A DNA stretch of 64,000 nucleotides from the NCBI GenBank assembly GCA_965197925.1, contig CBDAOC010000020.1, forward strand, positions 576,001 to 640,000, given 5' to 3'. The stretch's first letter is position 1, and the number at the start of each line of letters is the position of its first letter. Position numbers and translations under genes: made by a program. A model generated the notes under the pieces. That model was not told the DNA's origin and did no database searches. It was given only the letters and a program-made list of their open reading frames with translations. Of the stretch, positions 41,741 to 54,042 are shown piece after piece. The DNA comes from Nitrososphaerales archaeon (GTDB lineage Archaea > Thermoproteota > Nitrososphaeria > Nitrososphaerales > UBA213).

Positions 41741-42010
41741 CAACTCATCTCAAAACCCTACAATACATCAAAAATTGTAGATTAACAAATGCCAGATAGT
41801 TTTCTGCCGTTCTTTCAATTTTCTGATTCTTGAAATTCTTATAGAAGTTATTTTCTATCCTTGAGAACCACCTAGATGATGATTCCAAATTATCGCTTCT
41901 TGTTGCTTTGTATCTTCACCTATGAGATCAGCAATTTTTAACATGTATTTATTTGCTACATACAATATACTGGTAGTTACAATGTCCTTTATCTTGAATG
42001 GGTATTCATT
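41585..42010. repeat. Imperfect ~250-270 bp duplication of the hydrolase fragment plus the IS5 end
   Basis: GAAATTCTTATAGAAG... at 41585 and 41832; IS IR at 41741 and 42011. Confidence 0.85.
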
Positions 42011-42908
42011 CAACTCATCTCAAAACCCTACAATACATCAAAAATGATGCAAGATTAACAAATGCCAGATAGTTTTCTGCCGTTCTTTCATATCTGATTC
42101 TTGTTCTGTGAAATCCATTCTTGAGCCATGCAAAGAATCTCTCAACTACAAATCTTGTCTTGTTGTAATGTTTGTAATCATTATTTTGCAAGATGAACTT
42201 GGAATTTATTTTGTATGGGATGCAACATGCAATATTTCTATCCCACAAATACATTCTGATGTATTTTGCATCATTTTGTCTGCATAAACTGATTCTATCT
42301 GTTGTATTGAATCATCATCAAGATAGTCTGAAATTGATTCTATAACATCCATGCATTTTGTACTGTCATGTTCATTTGCTGGACTCAACAGTATGGATAT
42401 TGGAAATCCGTTACCCTCTACTGCGGCATGCATTTTTGTACCTGTTATTCTCTTGAATCCATTATATCCAGTTACATTGCCCCTTTTTTATCAGGAATGG
42501 ATGAAGAGTCAACTGATATTTTTTGTAGATTAATTTTGCCAGATTTATGTGCTGAGTGAATAGTACGTGATAGAATCTTTTTCCAGATTCCTTTTTGTTG
42601 CCATTTGTTTAACCTTCTGTTTGCAGATTTGTTTAACCTTCTGTTTGCAGTAGAATCATCATCGTATCTTTTTGGCATATCGTCCCATCGGCATCCAGTA
42701 GTTAGAACATGGATTATTCCGTTAATGATTTTTCTATCATCATCCCTAGGCCTGCCAGTTTTTGCATGTGGTGGTATGTGTGATTCTATCATACTCCACT
42801 GTTTGTCTGATAATTCTTGGAATTTCATAAAATAATTTTAGATGTCGCTATTCATAGATCTAAATGGTCGCTAAAAATTGTCTAAATGGTTAGTTTTGAG
42901 ATGAGTTG
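42011..42908 (-). mobile_element. IS5-family element A, full length, defective transposase with a 24-bp internal duplication
   Basis: 16-bp IRs CAACTCATCTCAAAAC/GTTTTGAGATGAGTTG; duplication at 42603-42650; flanks ATT/ATG do not form a TSD. Confidence 0.93.
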
Positions 42909-43253
42909 ATGATCCCTTATCACTCTGGAAAGCAAAAGATTGAAAGCTTTGGTTATTCAAAATGTAGGTGATATGATGAAGCATCTTGGCATTACTGTGG
43001 TGGATAGTAAGATGTCAAAAGAGTTCTACAAATAAATTGAGTAGGTAATGGTCCCCCCGACCTCTGCCATCAACCAATGTATCTGAACCCACTATGAGTT
43101 CAAATCCCAAGCCCGCTAACATTCTATCCTCAAGCAGACTGTCCATGAACACAACACTTTCTTGATCTATTTTTTGCTTCATTACATGTACAGGAATTTA
43201 CATATAGTCTAACCTTATCATGCTTAAATAATTCCAAAATACTTAGAAATAGC

Positions 43254-43871
43254 ACGAGCACAACACTGGATCTAAAAAAGACGGCATTATTAATTATAGA
43301 TCCACAAAATGACTTCCTTTCTGAAGGAGGAGTCGTGTGGGACTTTGTTGGTAAGGGAGTCAAGGAAACAAAAGTTGTGGAACATCTGATAGAACTGAGG
43401 AAGATGGCTAAAGAGGTAGGCATCACGGTATTCTACTCACCGCACTACACTGAGGCTGAATTCAAGAACTGGAAACATTTGAACCCAATTGATAAATTGA
43501 TGTTTGAACGCAAGATGTTCCTCAAGGGCACGTGAGGTGCAGAATTTCATCCAGACCTTCAACCAGATGAAAATACCAAAGTATTATCTCCACATAAAGC
43601 ATTGAGCAACTTTTGGTCAGGAGATATTAAGACTCAATTCAGGCAACATGATATACAGAATGTCATTCTTGCTGGAATGTCAGCAAACTTGTGTGTTGAA
43701 TCCCATCTTAGAGATGCTATCGAACACGGCTTTGAAGTAATAGTTGTAAAGGATGCTACAACGGGCCCAGGCTCAGATGCGACTCAGGCTGCGTACACAA
43801 ACTATGGATTCATAGCAACTGAAGTGACCACTACCGAGGAAATCATAAAACGTCTTAAGGAAACAAGCTAG
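43254..43871 (+). pseudogene. Isochorismatase-family cysteine hydrolase (start apparently ACG, internal TGA)
   Basis: TALLIIDPQNDF, KGT*GAEFHPD, AGMSANLCVESH, VVKDAT. Confidence 0.85.
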
Positions 43872-44566
43872 AACAGGTACGAGTTTTCTAGGCATCCTTC
43901 CTTTTTTCTTTATACAAGTTCTAGATTAGTTTGAACTCTTCTTAATCAAACGTGATGCTTTAGATTTCAATATTTCCCAACTAGTGGTGACTTGCGAAAT
44001 TTAATAGCTCGAAACGATATGAAGAGGTTTTAGTATTTATTGTTGATATGTTTAATTGAGACTCGACATCTTTGTATATTATCTTTAATTGATGTGATTC
44101 CTTGGCCATAACCTAATAGGAAAAGAGGTAGAGCATTCTACAATTTCCTCTTATGCCCATCTTGCCAGGTGATGTGCTTCAGCAATTTGTTCTCTATTGA
44201 TCCAAATCAAGTACAGATTCACTTGTTCTAGTTCACAACAAAGAAGGATTATCCTTTACCAACTTAATTGTCCATGCGTTTTTGGACAAAAAGGAAGAGC
44301 CTATAGAGCAAGACTCATAACAAATGGTTGCGAACCCGTAACGATTATCTTTCATGGTTAAGGACTCGGTTCACTGGTTATACAATAAGGAAAGGAGAAC
44401 CGAAATACTGCCTATTGGTAAACACCAGAAAAAATGATTATGTTCAGATTGAAAAGTAGGCCAATAACAAGATATACACTTTATGCATTATTAGCGTTCT
44501 TTAGGGTTCTTGGCGTTCCTAAACCCATAGTACGTACTTAAATACCCCTACACCTCGAGCTTTTTA

Positions 44567-45418
44567 ATGGCATCAGTACAAAATAATCAACTGGAAAAGG
44601 AAATGATTCTGAAGTTTGTTCGGAATTACTATAAAAAGCACTCTAAAGTTCCCTCGGTTCGTACTATTTGCAAGCGGACACGGATCTACAATAACATGCT
44701 CTACCAGATATTTCCAGGCAAGTTGGCTGAGATCTGCAAAAAAGCAAACCTTCCCTTCCCCACCGATAGGATCAAAGCTATGAGGAGGTTGTTTCCAAAG
44801 AAAAATGAACCAGATGAATATGAAACATTCATCACGAAGTTGAAAGAATTAGAAAGCAAAGGGAAAAAAGGTCACCTAACTGCTTGCGAACAATACGCTG
44901 ACTTGATTCTGGATTATGTCAATGAAGAACCTAAGAAACGAATTGAACGGTTTATTTCACTATATAAAGTGTCCAGAAAACAATTCATCAAAGATGCATT
45001 TTCCCACGCACAAAGTTATCCTGACTTGAAGAAGATGTATTTCGTTCAAGGAAAGAATGCACCCAAATTTATGGCTTATGTAGTCGATGTTCTTCTGCAG
45101 TGCACAGAAAAATGTTCATCCATTTATGGACCTGTCATCACCAGAAATTATTGTGTCACTCATGGAAAACAATTCATTATTGCCAAAGATAGAAACAAAT
45201 CCTATCTGTGTTGTTGTGATAAGCAGGGATGCCTTGAAGAGCACACCATAGCATGTCAGAATTGTAATGAGCCCATGATATTTGAAGTAAAGACCGACAC
45301 CTTAAATTGTGATAGTTGTAAATTTTCAATGAAGTATGAGCCGGAGTTGCCCTTAATGATATGGGGATTTGAGGAAGGATACTCTAATGTAATTAACAAG
45401 TGGTTGGAGATGCAGTAA
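44567..45418 (+). CDS. Hypothetical protein with an N-terminal HTH-like region and a Cys-rich C-terminus
   Basis: KVPSVRTICK...LYQIFPG; CVTH, CCC, CQNC, CDSC. Confidence 0.65.
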   Translation: MASVQNNQLEKEMILKFVRNYYKKHSKVPSVRTICKRTRIYNNMLYQIFPGKLAEICKKANLPFPTDRIKAMRRLFPKKNEPDEYETFITKLKELESKGKKGHLTACEQYADLILDYVNEEPKKRIERFISLYKVSRKQFIKDAFSHAQSYPDLKKMYFVQGKNAPKFMAYVVDVLLQCTEKCSSIYGPVITRNYCVTHGKQFIIAKDRNKSYLCCCDKQGCLEEHTIACQNCNEPMIFEVKTDTLNCDSCKFSMKYEPELPLMIWGFEEGYSNVINKWLEMQ

Positions 45419-45716
45419 GTAAACTGGTCGACATTAGAACTGGTATGGTGCTTTTCACTTTCAAAAAAAAGTACTAGTATGAGAATAAAATATTCACCCA
45501 AGAATTACACGAGTCTAAGGAATTGATTGAAAGAGAAGATCAAAGTTTGTTCCGTGAGTTCCTAAGAGGCAACAAGAAACCCGGAGAAACTCACTTAGGA
45601 CTGTTAAAAAGGATCTGTACCCAAGCGTACTCGTCTTGCTTAGCTATATTTCCATCCCTATGGATGTTTATTCTCACACTTAACCATATAGGGATCCTAC
45701 AACTATCACCAACTAA

Positions 45717-46772
45717 GAGCCTATCCTAAAATTCTAGCTGATAGTTAATGATTGGTAGAAATGATAACATTTAGAATGCAAGAATATTAGTTCAAACTGT
45801 CAGGTTTAGTTTTCTTACTATTGATTTTATTAGTATTGTAGATAATAGATACTAGAAACAGTTGCATTAACGTGTTTATGACACTACCAATATATCGCTC
45901 TATACACTATTAGGCAGTTAGCAAATTCTACTAGCGCCTGATAATTTTCCTCTCTCTTCTCGAACCTTACCAATAACTTTCTGAACCTGTTATGCCAAGA
46001 TGCGGTTCTTTCTACAACCCATCTCTTTGCTTTGTATAAATTCTTTTTCAACACTTCACCCTTATGACGAATGTGATCCACATATCCCCTTCCTAACTCC
46101 ATATTTCATACTCCATACTCTATCTCTGGAAAATCATATCCTATTCATGCATATGTTCTGTTTAACTTTGGGCCTATCAACAACAATGCTATCTATTGTA
46201 GGAAAGGCTGATTTCATATCGTGTTTATTTGCTCCAGTAATTACAGATGAGAGAGGTACTCCTCTTCTATCAACCAGCATGTGACGTTTGGTACCTAGCT
46301 TGCCTCTATCCGTTGGGTTTGCTCCGGTCGTTTTCCCCCTAATGGGGCCTTCGGTACGCTATCCATGGATTGCCAGTCCCATCCCATGCTCTTTAATTCA
46401 TCATATATTTCCAGCAGCCTCTTCCATACCTTCTCGAATACTCCTATCCCAATCCATTCCTGAAATCTTGCATGGCAAGTTGAACCAGAACCAAATTCTT
46501 TAGATACCTTCTTCCACTGGCATCCAGTTCTTAATACATACAGTATTCCATTCAATACTTTTCTAAATGGCACAGCTGGCCTTCCAACTGTTCTTGCTGG
46601 TTTCTCTGGTAGCAACACTAGTTTGAACTCTTCCCATAGATTGTCTGGTATATGCCATATGGTCGGCATGCTCTTTTTCTTTGATTTTCTCACAAATTTA
46701 GCTAGAGAGGACAGATCTGGATCTGTTTCGGTATAAACAATTAGGCTATGATGTTAATTTTCGGATAAGATC
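45717..46772 (-). mobile_element. IS5-family element B, copy 1 (1056 bp, defective transposase)
   Basis: Ends GAGCCTATCCTAAAATT / AATTTTCGGATAAGATC, TAA on both flanks; LRTGCQW, GTKRH, RWVVER. Confidence 0.92.
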
Positions 46773-46902
46773 TAAGACATTTATCTCCATAGTCGAACAA
46801 TCATTTATGATTATTTTCAAACCACGCTGTAGAGTATTATATAATGTGATGGAATATATAAGAATAAAAAAGATTGATAATCCTCCGCTACTACTATTGC
46901 AA

Positions 46903-46971
46903 ATGACAGTTATAACTTTGCGTGGGGTGAGTGAAATTGGTGGCAACAAAATCCTAATTGAAGATAAGTGA
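46903..46971 (+). pseudogene. 5' fragment of a beta-CASP/MBL hydrolase gene
   Basis: MTVITLRGVSEIGGNKILIEDK* is similar to the N-terminus encoded at 51399. Confidence 0.65.
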
Positions 46972-47145
46972 GCAGTGTAAGAATTAAGGTACTGTTAACT
47001 TTGCGGATGATCACCAGTATTTCACAAGGATAGGGTAAATTACCAGACAAGTTACCCCCGTATTGATCTTTTTATCTTGACAAATTACTATATCCACATA
47101 GATATTTATTTGGTACCTTAAAAAGAAGTGAGCCAAAGTTGTGCC

Positions 47146-48036
47146 ATGGAACCAGAAAACTATTGCGATGACGAATTTACAGATCATTTGGTGTATAAGA
47201 AATTAGCTGCCATAGAAAAAACAGAATCTAACCGCCAAATGCTACTTCGTCTTTCCGAACAAGAACAGGTACATTTTAAGTTCTGGAGCAACTACCTTAA
47301 TGGTTATCATCCTCGCGTAAAAAAATATTTTATCTTTACGATGCTTGTGTTCAGGCACTTGCTTGGCTTGACTTTCACTGTAAAACTTCTTGAACGTCAT
47401 GAGGATAAAGTGATTGAAGAGTATAAGCGATTTGCAGAGACTATTCCGCTTCAGGAAAGAGAAATATTAAATTCGATAATTGATGATGAGAAAGAACACG
47501 AAAAATTCTTTGTGTCGCAAATTAATGAATCAGTAGTCAAATACATGAGTTTCATAGTTCTAGGCTTGGCCGACGCAATTGTTGAAATAACTGGTGTACA
47601 TGCTGGTTTTTTGGGCGTTACGAGCTCAACATTAATCGCTGGTATCGCTGGGCTTGTGGTTGGAGTGGCAGCTGCTATTTCCATGGCATCTGCTGCATAT
47701 CTGCAATCAAAGGCGGTACATTCAAACCAAGAACAAACGAGATCGCCGATTATCTCTGCAATCACTACGGGTATTGCTTATATTAGCACTGTAATTATTT
47801 TGGCTCTACCGTACTTTTTTACAGAAGGTATGGCTTACGCCTTTGGTGTTTCGGTTGCACTTGCACTTGCCATGACTGCATTTTTCACCTTCTACAGCTC
47901 GGTAATTTTAGAGAAAAAATTTTCCAGAGAACTTTTGGAAGGGGTTGGCTTAACCCTAGGAACAGCCTTTATTACTTTCATGTTTGGAAGTTGGCTGGGT
48001 AGCTTATTCGGCATCAGTGGATGGTTTGACCTCTAA
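47146..48036 (+). CDS. Rubrerythrin/ferritin-like domain fused to a VIT1/CCC1 membrane domain (iron exporter-like)
   Basis: ExxH motifs (EQEQVH, DEKEH), VLGLADAIVEITG, ISMASAAYL, several TM helices. Confidence 0.85.
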   Translation: MEPENYCDDEFTDHLVYKKLAAIEKTESNRQMLLRLSEQEQVHFKFWSNYLNGYHPRVKKYFIFTMLVFRHLLGLTFTVKLLERHEDKVIEEYKRFAETIPLQEREILNSIIDDEKEHEKFFVSQINESVVKYMSFIVLGLADAIVEITGVHAGFLGVTSSTLIAGIAGLVVGVAAAISMASAAYLQSKAVHSNQEQTRSPIISAITTGIAYISTVIILALPYFFTEGMAYAFGVSVALALAMTAFFTFYSSVILEKKFSRELLEGVGLTLGTAFITFMFGSWLGSLFGISGWFDL

Positions 48037-48610
48037 CTTTCATATCTATTTTATTGTCGAGAATAACAAAATTGTGTGAAAGCTGATACTATCTTTGCTT
48101 CACAGATTCTTTCTAGGTAGCGTACAATGACTATTTCCAACAAGTCATATTACATTACGGTTTAGAATACCATCTGGTGTTTCTACAACATATTGTCACT
48201 TTGAACTGGCGGCGATAACATGATCGAGATACATTTTCTAGGGTGACATCTTTCTAGTAATATGGAAACTATAACCTCTAATTCCTAGACAATACTTGCG
48301 CAACCCAATTTCTCCTTACACTTTTCTACAATTATGATAAGTATTCCTTTTTTTACACTTGGTCGCATTCACAATTATCCTAAACTGTCACTAGTGTTTT
48401 TAGTTGACAGCTTTGCTATCATTTTCAGTTTCCTTTTTTGCCGCTGTATCCTCGTATTTTGTAATAGTATTGTCAGAACTACTTTACATGATTTCAAGAA
48501 ACTCTACCCTCGAACCAAACTCAAATTATGTATACTTTATCTAACTCTTGAAATCAAGCTAGAAATAAATTTAGTAAAGAGCGATGTATCTTCAGAATTA
48601 TACAGGGCGA

Positions 48611-48841
48611 TCATTTCACTACTGACATAGTCTGAGTAGATCTTACCTCTGGGATCTTTCTAATTTTCTCATACACAATATTCCTTATTGATTCCATGTC
48701 GCCAGCCTCCATTTCTACCATCAAATCCGCTCCGCCGAGAACTATGTGCGACTCTTCTATTCCACCGATACCTTCAAGTGCCCTTAAAACTTTCTCGTCA
48801 GAACCAGCGTCTACACTTATTAGCACATATACCTTGCCCAT
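48611..48841 (-). CDS. Stand-alone Lrp/AsnC ligand-binding (RAM) domain protein
   Basis: VYVLISVDAG...KIRKIPEVRSTQT. Confidence 0.85.
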   Translation of the reverse strand: MGKVYVLISVDAGSDEKVLRALEGIGGIEESHIVLGGADLMVEMEAGDMESIRNIVYEKIRKIPEVRSTQTMSVVK

Positions 48842-49112
48842 GTAGTACAAACATAATATACATACAATAAATCTTACGAATTTCCATACGAACAGTGGAC
48901 GATTGTCTATACTGGTGATTTCAGAAAACATGGAAACTATTTCTCGCTTGTATCTGATAATGTGAAACTGTCAGTAAAACCAATCTAGAATCCAGTGTTT
49001 TCGAAGATTTACATCGCTAAACAAAGGATACCTCATAGTATCCATTATTATTGTGACAATGGATTTCGCCTAGAATATTTTCCTCGCTCGGGAATACTTT
49101 CTCTTTCTATTC

Positions 49113-51399
49113 TTATGATAAATCGTATCTTTTCCCTTCTTCTACTAAAACTAAATTCTTTGAAACTTTTTCATATTGATTTGGGAATTCAGTATGAATA
49201 GGATATAGTGTTTTTGCCCCTATTTCTGAAACGGTTTCAAGCAATTGACTTCCTCTAGCATGACCTGAACAATGACTCTGAAATTTAGCCATCGAAAAAT
49301 GCTTGAGCCAAGCGTCAATTCTTTCCTCAGATAATTCTTGTTCTTCATTATAGGGCTCACTTGAAGAATGTATGTATCGTACACCTGATTTTGGCTTCAT
49401 GTCAATCAGGGCTGTAAAACTGTAAAATCCAATAGCACACAATACCTTATTTGGCCTTGCAGCAATTTGTTCTGCAGTCCAAGTGTTATGCAAGTCCAAA
49501 AATTCTTTATCTTTTCCTTTGTAATCTTCATCAGAATAAGTTCCCGAACCCCGTTTCGGAAGATAAATTATGATATCCTCATTGTCAAGATCTGGCATAT
49601 TAAGAACTCTATCCTGTGATAGATATTTGAGAAAATATACATCGTTAATTTTTACTACAAATTTTCTATCATTTTCTTTTGCTATATTAAAAAAAGTTCT
49701 TAGTCTATCTACATCTTTGAAATTAAAATCGGCAAATATTAGATTATTAGTTTCGGAGACTATTTTATTGCATTCTTTATGAACCGCCTGTTCGCTTTCC
49801 TGCTTTTCTTCATCTGCAATTCTTGTTCCTTCGGTGATTAGTGCTATAAGCTTTGCCTTCTTTGCTTTTTCTATAAGTCACGCGTCATCTTTGAATTGGT
49901 TCCGTGGGATCTTATATCGCCGGTATAAGCAATGGGACCTTCAGATGTCCAAATGATAAAGCCGTATGCTCCAGGGACTGAATGATCAACATGTATAGGT
50001 TCTACCTCGAGTGAACCAATTTTGAATTTATCTCCAGTTCTAAACTCGTTGATTTTCCTTGGAATTGGTCTATCTTTTAGATCATATGGCCTGGGTTTGT
50101 AATCCAGAATCTCCTTTTCTATTGTTCTAGAAGACCTGTCAGCGAAGGCCTTTAAGATTAGATGGCAGGCTGAACCCATGTATATTGGAATGTCCTCATG
50201 TAAAAAGGAAATATAGTCCGCATGATCTGCATGTGCATGAGTTAGTAACAAGGCATCAATCTCGGGTTTCTGGGGTTTTCTACCGGCCAGTACCATCAAA
50301 TCATCTCTATACACACCTTGGATGTCAGGAACCAAACCCATGGTCAGAAAATCTACTATACCATTTGAGGTTCGAGGACTGATATATTCCTCAAAATATT
50401 GAAGTCATCCCAATACTCTCCAATACATCATAATCGACGAAATGATAACAAATGCCAGATAGTTTTGTGCATTCTTCTCATATCTGATCCTGGTTCTGTG
50501 GAACCCATTCTTCAACCAGGCAAAGAATCTCTCCACAACATAGCGCGTCTTGCCGTATAGGTATTGTTCTGTATTATCATTTTGTTGTTGTGTCTTACTG
50601 TTTTTTCTGTAAGGCATGCAGTCAGAGATTTTTCTTTTGGTGAGGTATTTCCTGATGAATTCTGCATCATAGCCCTTGTCTGCTTGGCACCGCGCAATTT
50701 TTCTGATAGATCTCTCATCCAGATATTGTGAGATGCCATCCATCACGTCTACAAATCTTGCAGAGTCATGCTGATTTGCAGGACATTACTACTGAGACTG
50801 GCAGTCCGTTTTGTTCCACCGCAACGTGTATTTTTGTGCCTGAAATCCTGTTGAATCCGTTGTATCCTATGACGCTTCCCCTTTTTTGGCCGGAACTGAT
50901 GACGAATCGACCGTTTTTTGCAGCTGCATCTTGCCTGATCTGTGGGCTGATTTGACTGCAGCGGAGAGGATATTCTTCCATATTCCACGTCGCTGCCAGT
51001 TCTGCAGTCTGCGGTGCGCAGTTGATTTGGAGCCGTACCTTTGTGACATCCCAGTCCACCTGCATCCTGTTATCCCGACAAACAGGATTCCGTTGACTGT
51101 CTTTCTGTCGTCTGCCCTTGGCCTTCCGGTTCTGGCTGGCTTGGGGAGATGCGGTGATATCATCTTCCATTGTTCACCTGTTATCTCCTGAAATTTCATG
51201 ATCTGCTACGGGCAGCATTGCAAATAGATCCAAATGATCGTCAATTATTCACTAAATGATCAGTTTTGGGATCAGTTGATTTAGCTCTTCTGGAGAAACT
51301 CTTACCGAAATCTAGGAATACACGAGTGTCTTTGTCTTCTAGAAGGATTTTGTTACCACCTATTTCGTTTACTCCTCCGTAGAAGGTAAGAGATGTCAT
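49113..51399 (-). pseudogene. Beta-CASP metallo-beta-lactamase (RNase J-like) gene interrupted by IS5 and frameshifted near 49871
   Basis: MTSLTFYGGVNEIGGNKIL...DFG, THAHADH, VDHSVPGA, YTGD, HCSGH, PIHTE. Excising 50401-51281 restores ...RAKYFEEY.... Confidence 0.88.
50401..51278 (-). mobile_element. IS5-family element related to element A (more GC-rich), frameshifted
   Basis: Imperfect IRs GAAGTCATCCCAATAC / GTTTTGGGATCAGTTG, 3-bp TSD ATT; ADKGYD, RYVVERFF. Confidence 0.92.
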
Positions 51400-51740
51400 G
51401 TTTCCAAGGTAATAGGATTATACTTGAAGATAAAATTTCAGTCATGCTTCAATATATCAGGCACTACTGGTAGATATCTTAATACGAGGAAAACAGGGGA
51501 CAAGCCAGCAAATATTGATGCCTTCTATTGTGAGACCAATATTACACACCTAGGAGTTTTAGGTTAAAGAATGGATCAGTCCATCAAGTAGTTCCAATCT
51601 GTAAGATGAGAATAATCCCTAATAATGCTCAATCCTAAATTATTTAACGGAGATAATCATGAAGAATGAATTCATGAGAAAATAAGGTCCTGATTGCTGT
51701 CGATGGTTTAGATCTCGATGGCAATCAGACTGTAGACACT

Positions 51741-51800
51741 AACGATGATGTCATTGCAACACATATTCATCTAGCTCCTGCGGGAGTAAAAGGTAATGTA
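51741..51800 (+). pseudogene. CHRD-domain remnant
   Basis: DVIATHIHLAPAGVKGNV. Confidence 0.45.
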
Positions 51801-51830
51801 AGTGGGCTTTATCAGTCCAACTACCATAAG

Positions 51831-52820
51831 GTGAAGTGTATGGAAATGTTTGATGTCATCATAGCAATGATGATGGGAATGTTGGTTGGAATGGCAGTCG
51901 GTCCCATCATGATGAAGAAGATTACAGAGTGGAAAAAGTCTAGAATTGTCAATGAGATGCTCAAAGAAATATCCAAGTCAAAAAAAGAAGAATTGGTAGA
52001 AACTATTCCAGCTCGCCAAACTTCAGAATCTTACCAGATGCAGATTAAGCAAGTTCACTATCAGGATTATGCCATTTTGGCTCTACGGGTATTATTAGGT
52101 TCGGTATTTATCCTTGGTGGTATCAAACTACTTCTTCTTTCTCCAGAAGCAGCTGTAGAACTCTTAACACCTACTGGTTTTGTAAAACGAGAAATAGCTG
52201 TCTTCATACCGAATGCCCTTAGTTTTGTAGTAACGATTGGTATAATCGAATTAATGGTGGGTTCTCTAACAATTGTAGGATTCAAAACTAAATACGTTTC
52301 AATCGCTGGAGCTTTACTCTTCTTGCTTTTTATTGTAGCACAGCAAAACCTCGGCTACAGTAAGTTATTCCTAGATGTTACTCTAAAGGGTATGTACATT
52401 GCTCTAGCGCTTGTTGGAAGCGGAAAATACAGTATTGATAAGCTGTTAGGTACAAACTATCAAGGTTTTGCAAAACAGACACCTTGGTTCCATGTAATAC
52501 TAAGGGCGAATCTATCCTTTGCCTTCTTTATGACTATATTCTTCCCTAATTTTGCCTCTGACGGTTTACAATTTATCCCTCTATCATTGAGCATAATATT
52601 AGGCTCTTTACTGCTTGTCGGTCTTCCCAATAGAACAGGCTCAATAGCAGCTACGATAGTCTTAATATTTGTTGCATTCATGAACTTGACGGACGAAACA
52701 ATCTTGGATACAAAGCATGCCATAGGACTAATCGGAGGCTCTACAGCTCTATCTATAATGGGCGTGGGAGCTTACAGCATTAGTAATCTTTTCAGAAATA
52801 AAATTATCTCAACGTTGTAA
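51831..52820 (+). CDS. DoxX-family membrane protein (two DoxX-like repeats)
   Basis: LRVLLGSVFILGGIKL, IELMVG, GSGKYSIDK, GVGAYSIS. Confidence 0.75.
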   Translation: MKCMEMFDVIIAMMMGMLVGMAVGPIMMKKITEWKKSRIVNEMLKEISKSKKEELVETIPARQTSESYQMQIKQVHYQDYAILALRVLLGSVFILGGIKLLLLSPEAAVELLTPTGFVKREIAVFIPNALSFVVTIGIIELMVGSLTIVGFKTKYVSIAGALLFLLFIVAQQNLGYSKLFLDVTLKGMYIALALVGSGKYSIDKLLGTNYQGFAKQTPWFHVILRANLSFAFFMTIFFPNFASDGLQFIPLSLSIILGSLLLVGLPNRTGSIAATIVLIFVAFMNLTDETILDTKHAIGLIGGSTALSIMGVGAYSISNLFRNKIISTL

Positions 52821-53128
52821 AATAAGTATTTCAAAATAATATTTTTTAAATCTTACCTATTAAGTTGATCCATATTAGGTGCTGTAAAGATGTCTGCTCG
52901 TAAGTACCAATTTTTTCCAGATAATTTTGAACGTGTTGTCAATTGGGCATTTTTTGATCTCCTTGGGAGGTTCATAAGTTTGTGTCAAATCGGTTCTGTT
53001 AGATTCAAAAGGACATTGACTAATCTAATCTAATGAAAAGATGAGTTAATATTGTTCCTAAATCTCATGATTTGCCTATTCATCAAGACTGCAAATATTC
53101 AGTGCTTCTTTTCAAGATAGAGAAGATT

Positions 53129-53885
53129 TTATTTCTTTTGTGTATAGGGGTCAATGAAAGTTTCATCACTGTATCTATCCTTGTGTCGTAGCCATTCCAT
53201 CCCGTAAGAAAGATTTTCTTCATCACGTCCTTTCGGCACTATGTCCAGAAGATTATAAGCAGTAATAATATTCTCAAGGCCTCTAGCATAAGCAGAATAA
53301 GTATGATAGATTTGTTCGTCTTTACCAAATACAAATACGCTTATTCCTGGAGCTTCTTTTACTGGAAAAGTTGTGTTTTCTTGATAGTTGTAAAATGCTT
53401 TACCAGATATTTCTTCTTCCGTAAAGGAAACCTGAAAATCCCGATTAAAATCTGAATTTTCAGAGGATACCCACTTGAAGTTCTAACTCATGCGTTTTTT
53501 GAATGCTTCAAGTTTTTCTAAAGGAGCTTTGGATATTGTAACCATCGCAACATCTCTGTGTGCAATATGAACAACAGATGGTTCATAGTGATCTGCAAGA
53601 AAAGAACAAGATTTGCATCCTTCTTCCCAATCTTTGTCAAACAAAGTGATACACTATGAGCTGACTTTTTCCCTGAAAGAGATCACGCAAATGCACTTTT
53701 CCCTCTAAACTTTCAAAGAAATAATCTTTCTCTACTTTAGCCCAAGGCATATTCTGTCGGGCACGCGTTAACTCATCTCTGGCTTTGGAATGATCTTTTT
53801 CCTTTTTTAACAATTCAAGACGCGCTTTAAGCCATTGTTCATTTGAAACAATTTCATGTTTATTCAAATCTACGTCTGATATCAT
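53129..53885 (-). pseudogene. DUF899 thioredoxin-like protein (frameshift near 53640, internal TAG)
   Basis: WLKARLELLKKEK, SQLIVYHF, GCKSCSF, HTYSAYARG, PKGRDE, WLRHKDRY. Confidence 0.85.
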
Positions 53886-54042
53886 TTGCGATTCTCCTAT
53901 TTCTAAGTGTATAATCCAACTGTAAGTTAATAAACATACAATGAAATTTCTTAATCTACTAACGTAAAGTCGAACTTGTTTGACAGGAGAATAAAAAGAG
54001 AGTGTTCTCATACTCCGTCGTCAGCATGAGATATTTTTATGC

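Noticed and set aside
43093..43109. TATGAGTTCAAATCCCA, a 16/17 match to the tRNA-Cys T-arm, as a possible att site
   Set aside because: Opposite orientation to tRNA-Cys, no cloverleaf, generic T-loop sequence and no integrase nearby.
39621..53885. In-frame TAG/TGA codons as pyrrolysine, selenocysteine or recoding
   Set aside because: The stops are of mixed types at apparent Trp/Glu positions, co-occur with frameshifts, and housekeeping genes use TGA/TAG as normal stops.
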